26,553 nucleotides of DNA from a virus (taxonomy: Duplodnaviria > Caudoviricetes): positions 1 through 26,553 of the IMG/VR virus record IMGVR_UViG_3300017761_007798, one strand, 5' to 3'. The number at the start of each line of letters is the position of its first letter. The stretch's first letter is position 1. Position numbers and translations under genes: made by a program. Below the pieces are notes generated by a model. The model had not been told where the DNA came from and did no database searches. It was given only the letters and a program-made list of their open reading frames with translations. Of this stretch, positions 17,853 to 25,488 are shown in pieces.

Positions 17853-17860
17853 CAAAGATA
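17853..17860 (-). promoter_or_regulatory. Bacteroidota-type housekeeping promoter -7 element (TAnnTTTG)
   Basis: Minus strand reads ...cttttaTATCTTTGtaatcac... 19 nt upstream of ATG 17833, within a short intergenic gap; -33 element imperfect. Confidence 0.65.
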
Positions 17861-17876
17861 TAAAAGTTTTTTGTAA

Positions 17877-18380
17877 TTAACAGTACGGTGGAGAACATCT
17901 TTTTTTACCATCTGAACCTGGCATTGTTCCTTTACAAACCTGTACTCCGTAACCGTTCGAATATGCCGAGGGAAATACTTTGTATTTTGATTTGGCGGCG
18001 GAATACCCCCTCGCACACAATTTTGTTCCTGTTTTTTTTCTTCCTGTTTTTTTTCTTTCTTCTTCCATCATACCTGTGAAAGATTCATCCTCAATATCTT
18101 GTTTACCATCTCCTTTAGTATGATTCATCATAAAATCAAACACTTGGTCCATATTATTTTTGGCTTCAGATATATGGTCCTGAGCCCAATCGTGACCGTC
18201 ATCTAATATCTCAGTTACCATATCTTGGTCTAACTCTAATAACATATCACATTGTCTTCTCATTTGTTCTAAATTTGAAAAGAACATATATCTATCAGAA
18301 TAATCTTCGTGAGATTCATTTAATACTTTTTTAACAATACGACTTAAATCGGATTCCGTTAACTTAACTACTTTTTTCAT
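17877..18380 (-). CDS. Hypothetical protein with N-terminal KLTESDL helix and C-terminal PSAY/Cys domain, putative internal head protein
   Basis: MKKVVKLTESDLSRIVKKVLNES; KLCARGYSAAKSKYKVFPSAYSNGYGVQVCKG; ATGA coupling with the upstream gene. Confidence 0.8.
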   Translation of the reverse strand: MKKVVKLTESDLSRIVKKVLNESHEDYSDRYMFFSNLEQMRRQCDMLLELDQDMVTEILDDGHDWAQDHISEAKNNMDQVFDFMMNHTKGDGKQDIEDESFTGMMEEERKKTGRKKTGTKLCARGYSAAKSKYKVFPSAYSNGYGVQVCKGTMPGSDGKKRCSPPYC

Positions 18381-19870
18381 TTTTTATTTACAATTTGAAA
18401 TTTTATTTGTTTTTTATATGTTGTTACTTCACTATTAATATTCAACTTTAAGTCTACAAAATACTCGTTTGGAATTTTATCCCTTGTATCGAATATAAAA
18501 TAATATTCATTTGGTGTTTTGTTTACTTGTGTCCAATCTTGAACTTGTACTTCTGTTTGTCCTTCCTTAACATATATCCTATAATATGCTTTGATTTTGT
18601 TAAGTGGTTGATTTGAGGTATATTCTTTTTTGATGATAACACCAACTTTTCTTATGTCGGTATTTAATATCTTTTCATCTTGTTTTATACCATAGTAATC
18701 AAAACCATAAGAAGAGGGTTCGTTAGTTGACGTACCGATTGAAATTGAGGACGAATAAGGTCTCATAATCAACTCATTTTCAACATCAGGTAACTCAACA
18801 CCATTTAGAGATAAATTACTCCATACATCGGTAAATGTACAAGGCGTTTTATATCCTAAAAGAGCGGGTATTGTGACTTCATAAACACCTTGAGATTTTC
18901 TACATGTTGTAAGGGCTGTAAGTCCTTCTATAGGGTCACCTGTACTATCGTAAATTGTAACAGATGGATTTGAATCCAAATTAATAGGACTTCCGTCTTC
19001 GTACAAATACAAATATAATTTATTCACTCTCCCTAATGAGAATAAATCTCTATCGTCTTGAATTAAATCATCGTAATTTGTTTGTAAATAAGGTTCGTAA
19101 AATGTTTGTGTGTGACGAGTAAAAAATCCTACAGAATAGTAAGATGTTAATCCTGTTAACAATTCAATGTTAGGTTTAAACGCAACACCCCAACCAGTAA
19201 CACCTGTAATAGAACCATTTAATATTCCGTTTATTTCATCTGACATATCAAAAGAAATATTTTCATTCCCAAATTCAAAATGTTGTTCTGATATAATTGT
19301 AAGGGCCGAATAATTTAAACCTGTAAGACCTGTTAAGGAATTTTCATTATCATAAATTCCTGGTGTTGTCCAATCATTCATTAACATTCTTTTGAACCAA
19401 TTTGAGGCTTCTGTAGAATAGTTTTCTCTTGCAAAAATTGACTCAGTATCGTTTAGTTGTATACCTAAATCATATACGGACGACAATCCCTCATCCCAAG
19501 TCTGTTCACCACCTGTAGTCCCCGACGATAAAGGGATTCTAAATAAAACCAAATCAAACCCACTACCTCTTGTTATATCCCCACCGAATCTAAGAGACTT
19601 TAACAAATCAGGGGAAGAAAACGCAGTATTAGTCATAATAAGAGTATGAGTCATCGCGGTTGTACATCCTGTTTGGATTATACCGTCTAAAATTTTTTCT
19701 TGTAATAGTGATAGGTCTATATCAAAAATAAATCTTGAGTAGACAGGGGTTGGATTTTCAGGATTAATGTTTCCAAAATATAATTGTGTTACAGGAGCCT
19801 TTCCTGTATTAGTATAGACATTAGATAATATCGTATTATTTCTGTTGAAATATGAATTATTTATAGACAT
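18377..19870 (-). CDS. Putative virion structural protein, beta-rich with Ig-like C-terminal part (497 aa)
   Basis: Start revised to ATG 19870 (MSINNSYF), which follows a TATTTATA box; YSRFIFDIDL motif, LTGLTG repeats, GVYEVTIP Ig-like strand; adjacent to the spike gene. Confidence 0.65.
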   Translation of the reverse strand: MSINNSYFNRNNTILSNVYTNTGKAPVTQLYFGNINPENPTPVYSRFIFDIDLSLLQEKILDGIIQTGCTTAMTHTLIMTNTAFSSPDLLKSLRFGGDITRGSGFDLVLFRIPLSSGTTGGEQTWDEGLSSVYDLGIQLNDTESIFARENYSTEASNWFKRMLMNDWTTPGIYDNENSLTGLTGLNYSALTIISEQHFEFGNENISFDMSDEINGILNGSITGVTGWGVAFKPNIELLTGLTSYYSVGFFTRHTQTFYEPYLQTNYDDLIQDDRDLFSLGRVNKLYLYLYEDGSPINLDSNPSVTIYDSTGDPIEGLTALTTCRKSQGVYEVTIPALLGYKTPCTFTDVWSNLSLNGVELPDVENELIMRPYSSSISIGTSTNEPSSYGFDYYGIKQDEKILNTDIRKVGVIIKKEYTSNQPLNKIKAYYRIYVKEGQTEVQVQDWTQVNKTPNEYYFIFDTRDKIPNEYFVDLKLNINSEVTTYKKQIKFQIVNKK

Positions 19871-19882
19871 TTTAAGTTTATC

Positions 19883-19890
19883 TATAAATA
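19883..19890 (-). promoter_or_regulatory. TATTTATA putative late-promoter box (minus strand)
   Basis: Plus-strand TATAAATA, 12 nt upstream of minus-strand ATG 19870. Confidence 0.65.
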
Positions 19891-19904
19891 TCAATAAACT
19901 TAAA

Positions 19905-21467
19905 TTAGTTTATTCTAATGTTTTGATTAAGGATTGTTTGATTTGAATTTAGAATTTTTTGGAGTATGTCTGAAGCCAAAGTACCGTCTTGGGCGGTAGG
20001 TACTGGAGGTAAACCATGATAAGGGTGAACGTGGGCAATCATAAATTTAACAATTAGATTAAGTAAATCCATTAGTGCCTCACCTCTAACCATTGGTTCT
20101 GTAAGTTGTTGTATTCTTGATAGTTTGTCTTCTTTAATACCATATATCGTATCACGTAAATCTATTGAGCCTTTTTGAGTTGCACTTTCGTGTGATAACA
20201 AATAAATTTTATCCGAACCCAGTACACCATATGTTACAGGTTTTGACGATATATTTTCGGGTTTTATAGAACTTTTTGTTTTTTTTATTGGCGGGGTTGA
20301 GGTGTCTTTTGAATATAAAATACCGAATCCGAAATCTTTTGCTCCGGGGTTAAGTTTAATATTATTATAAAATCTTGATATGTTAATACCTTCAATCAAT
20401 TCTGAACCCGCAGAGTTTAAATTATTTGTATCTGTCCATTTAAGAAATAATGGTCTAGCAGGTCTAAATGCGAACGGAAACGCCGATTTACCACCATACT
20501 CAAATTTAGCATTATTCCACTCGTTTATAAAATTATTTATTTGAGTGATTGTATTATCAAATGAATCAGGACCTGTATCTAGTTGTTTAACTATTTTACT
20601 TGAATCGATTATTGTTTTGATGTCGGTATCAACTTTGAAGTTTTTAGTGTTGATTTTTTCATCATTACTTTTTATTTCATAGACTCTTACGTTTGTTCTA
20701 AAAGCATTTTGTTCGTTTTCAGGATTAACGATATCCCACTCAATGAGATAAGACAAATTAGGGTATTGAGTTGTGCGTTTTTCAGTTTGTTGTGCTTTTT
20801 CGATTACAGTTCTTGATTTAAAAACTGACATCTGTAAAAACGCTCTTTTATCGTAAACACTTGGTTGTCCCGAATCAGAAGGAACTAAATTCAAGGTCTT
20901 ACCGGCTCTTAGTAATAAATCATCTTCTTTTAAAATAATATCCGTTGAGCCACGACCAAGAATTGCATTATCGTCAGGTTCGGGGAATAACCCAAATACA
21001 CTTTTAGGTATAACTCCACCAACTTCTTTATAACTTTTTGATTGTTTTATATTATCACCAAGTGGGGTATTTCCTTTGGTAACATTATAATTTTCGAAAC
21101 CGGCTCTGTTAGGTGTCGTTGGAGACATGGGTACATAATACTTAAAATTATCAGTATACCTTTTAAATGTGGAGTGCGAGTTTTGAGCAATCGGATAAAC
21201 TAACATTACAAGTTCATCAGTCTTTGGGGTTACGTTGAGTGCGAAAGGGAGTAGAGGTCTGACTAAAAATGGGTCATCTTTTGTCCATTTACATGAATCT
21301 TTTATACCAACGGTAGTTCCATTACTTTTTAATGCACATTTGTCAGGAATAGATACTTCGATTACTTTTTGATTTTCATCTAAAGGCGCAACCCGTAGCC
21401 GGCCTAATCTATCAATATCATCATTATCGAGTACCTTACCAAAATATATTATCCTATTTAACTCCAT
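19905..21467 (-). CDS. Baseplate central spike/hub protein (T4 gp5 / VgrG OB-fold N-terminus, HxH tip)
   Basis: GKVLDNDDIDRLGRLRV...PLLP...TPKTDELVMLVY OB-fold signature; DNAILGRGSTDIILK beta-helix-like segment; EPMVRGEALMDLL...AHVHPYH C-terminus. Confidence 0.75.
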   Translation of the reverse strand: MELNRIIYFGKVLDNDDIDRLGRLRVAPLDENQKVIEVSIPDKCALKSNGTTVGIKDSCKWTKDDPFLVRPLLPFALNVTPKTDELVMLVYPIAQNSHSTFKRYTDNFKYYVPMSPTTPNRAGFENYNVTKGNTPLGDNIKQSKSYKEVGGVIPKSVFGLFPEPDDNAILGRGSTDIILKEDDLLLRAGKTLNLVPSDSGQPSVYDKRAFLQMSVFKSRTVIEKAQQTEKRTTQYPNLSYLIEWDIVNPENEQNAFRTNVRVYEIKSNDEKINTKNFKVDTDIKTIIDSSKIVKQLDTGPDSFDNTITQINNFINEWNNAKFEYGGKSAFPFAFRPARPLFLKWTDTNNLNSAGSELIEGINISRFYNNIKLNPGAKDFGFGILYSKDTSTPPIKKTKSSIKPENISSKPVTYGVLGSDKIYLLSHESATQKGSIDLRDTIYGIKEDKLSRIQQLTEPMVRGEALMDLLNLIVKFMIAHVHPYHGLPPVPTAQDGTLASDILQKILNSNQTILNQNIRIN

Positions 21468-21657
21468 TACGTTTCTGATATTCTTTTAATAATTGATTAT
21501 AGGTTTTTTCTAAAGTATCTAAATAATAGGTAGAATCAATAATACTTTTTTTAGTTTTATTAATTTCTTCATTTATATAATCCATAACCAAAGTAAGGTC
21601 TTTATTTGGTTTATTTTTATAATCTTGGATTATTTCTTTTATTTTTTCAGTCTCCAT
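21454..21657 (-). CDS. Small coiled-coil hypothetical protein (67 aa)
   Basis: Tightly packed between neighbouring genes; heptad-like pattern. Confidence 0.7.
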   Translation of the reverse strand: METEKIKEIIQDYKNKPNKDLTLVMDYINEEINKTKKSIIDSTYYLDTLEKTYNQLLKEYQKRNGVK

Positions 21658-21659
21658 AA

Positions 21660-23555
21660 TTAAGTTGGTATTCCTGAGAATTTTGATGGTGCGGTTGATA
21701 CAACACCCACTGCTAAAGGAGGAATCGCAAATTCAACCTTACCATTTTCTTGATTTTCTTTTGACGACCCTTCAAGCTGACTTGTTATTGCGATTAACGC
21801 CAAATTTGGTGAACCATCGGGTAGAGGCCCTGTCGGTAAACCATTTTTTTGTAATTCCTCGATTGTATTTTTTAACGCTCTTTTTTGTGAAAATCCTGAA
21901 CGTAAAGGCGCAGTAAGCAACAACGGTAATGGTATACTAGTTGGTAATCCTGGTAGTTTTAATAACGCCAATATTTGGTCCAATATACTCTTACATTGCC
22001 TCCAATCATTTATAATTTGTGCTACCTGAATCAAGAGTTTTACTAATGATAAAATAATAACAATTTGATTGTTGGTTTTCTCTTTTTTTAAGTCTTTAAT
22101 AATAGTTTGTAAAAGTTGAGTAATTTCTTTTTTCAAAATCTTAAACAATTCTTTAATGAATAAACTACCAATTTGTGATGATACCTCAACAAAAAATTCT
22201 TTATACTTTTTCGCAAAATCCATCATTGAATTAATTTCAAGTTGAGCCGTCGCGGCACTAGCCTTTAACATAATCAATATCGGTAGAAATATTTTAGGAG
22301 TAAAAATTGAAAATATTAAAGATTTCGGTATCTCTTTTATTATTGAAAAATCAAAAGATAATTTAAGATTTAAATTACCACTGATACCAATACCTTCCGC
22401 ACTATTTGTAAAAGTATTGGACAAATTATCAAAAGCCTTTAATAAATCACCGTCATTATTATCATCCACCTTATTAATTTCTTCAAGAGCGTTCAGTAAC
22501 TCGAACGAATTAACCGGAAATTTTATGTTATCACAACCCTCCAATTCAACAGATTGGTTTTGTATGTTCGCAATTCTTTGGTCTACTTTAAGTAAATCTA
22601 ATTGAGATAGTTCAAAAAAACTATCGTCAAGATTATCTAATTCACCAACTTTTGCAACACCACTAATGTCAATTTGTTTTCTATTATCAAAACATAAACC
22701 TAAAATCCTCGCCAATATTAAACCGAATTTTGATTGGTCTTTCATAGTTTCTAACCCTGCATTGGCTTGAATGGAAACGGCTCCAAGTATTATGTCAATT
22801 AATATTGCAAATATATTTGTATATTCAACAAACCTCATTTTCTTATAGTAGTCTTTTACAAAGTCCGCTATTCTATTATCTAATGTTAATCTGTTTTTTA
22901 GTACCACTTTAAAAAAATCACCGGTTTGACCCAAGTCATTTGTTATTTCATAACTAATGTCAAATAAATCTTGTCCTGACGCTCCTCTGAATGTATAAAC
23001 CTCCCCTTGGTTAACAATTCTTTGGAATAATTGTCGGTTCATTGGGTATTTACTCTGAGCACTATTTAAGTCTTTTTGTTTTTCGTATTTTACTGAACCT
23101 ATTTTAGTGTTTGGGTCAGTTTTTAATAAATTAATAAAATCAACACTACTAACCTTAAGATAAATTGCCTGATTCGCTTGATACTCTTGTTGTTCAGAAC
23201 ACCCCAAAGTTCTTATAACTTCTGTAACAACTATGTTTTCAATGTCAGGTTTTATTTTTCTGAAAGTTTTTATTAAAGTTCTTTTTAAATATTTTGTTGT
23301 ATCGGTACCTTTACCTGTTTTTGAGGTTATCAATTTAATCATTTGGTCAAATTGAGATTGGACCTGTTGCTGCGCTTTATTCTTAATCTTCTCAACTTCA
23401 CTTAAACTATTTGAAATTGCAGAATTAGCCTCCTCCATTGAGGAGTTAGCGTTTTTTTGCAAATCCTTTAAATCAGTACTTACTTGATTGTAAGTTTGAA
23501 TGCCTTGAATTTGTTTGTTAGCGTCGTTATACCCTTGATTTAAGTCTGTAGGCAT
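21660..23555 (-). CDS. Large helical hypothetical protein, likely virion/baseplate associated (631 aa)
   Basis: Long ORF co-transcribed with the spike gene; N-terminal coiled coil, hydrophobic C-terminal helices. Confidence 0.7.
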   Translation of the reverse strand: MPTDLNQGYNDANKQIQGIQTYNQVSTDLKDLQKNANSSMEEANSAISNSLSEVEKIKNKAQQQVQSQFDQMIKLITSKTGKGTDTTKYLKRTLIKTFRKIKPDIENIVVTEVIRTLGCSEQQEYQANQAIYLKVSSVDFINLLKTDPNTKIGSVKYEKQKDLNSAQSKYPMNRQLFQRIVNQGEVYTFRGASGQDLFDISYEITNDLGQTGDFFKVVLKNRLTLDNRIADFVKDYYKKMRFVEYTNIFAILIDIILGAVSIQANAGLETMKDQSKFGLILARILGLCFDNRKQIDISGVAKVGELDNLDDSFFELSQLDLLKVDQRIANIQNQSVELEGCDNIKFPVNSFELLNALEEINKVDDNNDGDLLKAFDNLSNTFTNSAEGIGISGNLNLKLSFDFSIIKEIPKSLIFSIFTPKIFLPILIMLKASAATAQLEINSMMDFAKKYKEFFVEVSSQIGSLFIKELFKILKKEITQLLQTIIKDLKKEKTNNQIVIILSLVKLLIQVAQIINDWRQCKSILDQILALLKLPGLPTSIPLPLLLTAPLRSGFSQKRALKNTIEELQKNGLPTGPLPDGSPNLALIAITSQLEGSSKENQENGKVEFAIPPLAVGVVSTAPSKFSGIPT

Positions 23556-23559
23556 ACTG

Positions 23560-23922
23560 TTACTTCAATTTGAAAGTTTTATTATTCTCTACGTCTTTTT
23601 TAATTAAATCATCAATTAAATCATCATCCATATCTGAAATCGAAAATGACTCCTCTCTATTTGCGGATTTTTCCCAAATAGATGACTGTAGTTTGGATAA
23701 CTGTAGTTTTTTCTCAACACAATCATTAATTATTTTTTGTTGTTTTTCTATAACTGGACCTATCAAGGTCATATCTTCAGGGTCTTTCATCATCGACAAC
23801 ATCTTGTTTTGTATCCTGAGAGCCGTACTCCGTTGTTCGACTAGTTCATTATATATCTCTTGCATGAGAGACAATAAAGACTCTTTTGTTAGTTCAATTT
23901 TATTTTTTTGTGGTCTAGCCAT
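23560..23922 (-). CDS. Coiled-coil hypothetical protein (120 aa)
   Basis: Two long amphipathic helices and acidic tail; TATTTATA box immediately upstream. Confidence 0.75.
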   Translation of the reverse strand: MARPQKNKIELTKESLLSLMQEIYNELVEQRSTALRIQNKMLSMMKDPEDMTLIGPVIEKQQKIINDCVEKKLQLSKLQSSIWEKSANREESFSISDMDDDLIDDLIKKDVENNKTFKLK

Positions 23923-23925
23923 ATC

Positions 23926-23933
23926 TATAAATA
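23926..23933 (-). promoter_or_regulatory. TATTTATA putative late-promoter box (minus strand)
   Basis: Occupies most of the 12-nt gap between the sigma gene and the gene starting at 23922. Confidence 0.6.
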
Positions 23934-23934
23934 C

Positions 23935-24681
23935 TTATTTTGCCATATTTTGAATTAAATCAAAATAAACTTTTTTATACTTTTTCATACTTGACCTAAT
24001 TTCTTTGGTTGATAAATTTGTCATATCTCTCAATGAGAGTAATATAATGTTTTTATTGAACTTGTTGTTATCGGTACTTACGAATATTTGGTCGTAATTA
24101 ATGAACACCTCGTAAAGAGATTCTCCTAATTTTTTTTCGTTTTCTGATAAATTTTGGTCCTGTAAAATTACATACAATCTTGCCAAAAAAGATTCTATAA
24201 TCCTTTCAGTGTTAAAATCATCATCATTATCTATGTAGTAGATTAAATCCTCACGGTCGTTGTTCTCCAAATCTGAAGATATATCTTCATAAGAGATTTT
24301 CCTATTCATTTCTTTTTGGTCTTTTATTATTTGACCCATAAGATAATTTTTACAAATAGTACCGAAATAGGAGTACGCTTTCTTTTCTTTTGACGGTTTG
24401 AATTTGTCAATTTTCGTCATCAAAAAAGAGTGAGTGTCAGTATGGATTTCTTGGAAGTCCATATCTTTTCGGTATAATTTATATCGTCTAATAATTGACG
24501 ATATCATCTTATCTAATGGTTTTCTAAGACTTAGGTTGTATATTTTGTTTTTTTCCTCAGATGTGGAAGCTGACAAATATAATCTTACCGCAAGTTCTTC
24601 TTTTTCATCAAAATAATTATCCGATTTTGGTTTTCTCCCTTTCTTTTTTAAATCATCAGTTTGTGTTTCATCGGGATTCAT
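23935..24681 (-). CDS. Phage sigma-70-family factor, T4 gp55-like late sigma
   Basis: NYF N-terminal motif and KIDKFKPSKEKKAYSYFGTICKNYLMGQIIK, matching sigma region 2.3-2.4 (KFDPxKGxKFSTYA; gp55 FDETKYKNPHAYIT). Confidence 0.7.
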   Translation of the reverse strand: MNPDETQTDDLKKKGRKPKSDNYFDEKEELAVRLYLSASTSEEKNKIYNLSLRKPLDKMISSIIRRYKLYRKDMDFQEIHTDTHSFLMTKIDKFKPSKEKKAYSYFGTICKNYLMGQIIKDQKEMNRKISYEDISSDLENNDREDLIYYIDNDDDFNTERIIESFLARLYVILQDQNLSENEKKLGESLYEVFINYDQIFVSTDNNKFNKNIILLSLRDMTNLSTKEIRSSMKKYKKVYFDLIQNMAK

Positions 24682-25487
24682 TAAACAGTTTCAGGTTCAA
24701 ATTTTATATCCCTGTCGACAGCGAAGAAATGTTCTTTTTTTGCGGAATCAATCCAAAATTTTATTTCTTCAGGCGTCATAACATCAGAGCCGTTTTTATA
24801 ATTCCAAAAAATTGACCCTTCTCTGAGATTAAGGTGTTTATAACCAATTTTTGGTATGGTCATAATCTTTAAATTGTTATACGTTAATCTCAACATTAGT
24901 TCATAAACAAATGTTAGTTTTATCGAAGGTTTAAATTTACCGTGTTGTTCAAAAACTTCTTTTTTAATAACCATGCCAGATGATTGGAAATTTTGATAAT
25001 TTTGTAGAGTTTCGTTTGTTAAAATCCCCATCTCTTGTGAGAAATTTGCTGCGAATGTTGCCTCATTAGTAAATCCTGCAAATAATCCTTTACTATCTAC
25101 GTCAACAACAATTGGTAAAAACGCATCAACATCTGAATAAGCGTCAGAATAACGTTTTACATTCTTAAACCAAATATTAGAGTATTCGTCATCAAATTCA
25201 TAAAAAGAAACCCATTTAGATTTAGAATTCTCTACACCATGATTAATCTGTGCTTGATAATTAGGGGTATCCTTCCAAACTAATTTTTTAACATTAAGTT
25301 CTCCAAAATCAAAACTTTCTAAATGACTAACTAATTTGTCTTCGTCGGTATGAACAATAATTAATTCATTGAAATTAGTTTTTTGTGTTTTTAATGCTTC
25401 GATGCTTTTCTCGAACAATTCTGTAAAGTCTTTAGCCGATGCTGACTTTATTGGTAGTATTACTGATAAGTCTATAAAGTTTTCCAT
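24681..25487 (-). CDS. Glycosyltransferase, GT-A fold (GT2-like)
   Basis: DLSVILPI, ELIIV, INHGVENSKSKWVSFYEFDDEY (acidic DxD-like motif), SSGMVIKKEVFEQHGKF. Confidence 0.85.
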   Translation of the reverse strand: MENFIDLSVILPIKSASAKDFTELFEKSIEALKTQKTNFNELIIVHTDEDKLVSHLESFDFGELNVKKLVWKDTPNYQAQINHGVENSKSKWVSFYEFDDEYSNIWFKNVKRYSDAYSDVDAFLPIVVDVDSKGLFAGFTNEATFAANFSQEMGILTNETLQNYQNFQSSGMVIKKEVFEQHGKFKPSIKLTFVYELMLRLTYNNLKIMTIPKIGYKHLNLREGSIFWNYKNGSDVMTPEEIKFWIDSAKKEHFFAVDRDIKFEPETV

Positions 25488-25488
25488 A

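Noticed and set aside
17834-18016. N-terminal extension of the 200-aa ORF 17414-18016
   Set aside because: Overlaps the 17877-18380 gene in another frame; the promoter-like element supports ATG 17833
19871-19894. TTG start at 19894 for the 505-aa ORF
   Set aside because: The extension spans the TATTTATA box; ATG 19870 fits the pattern of the other genes
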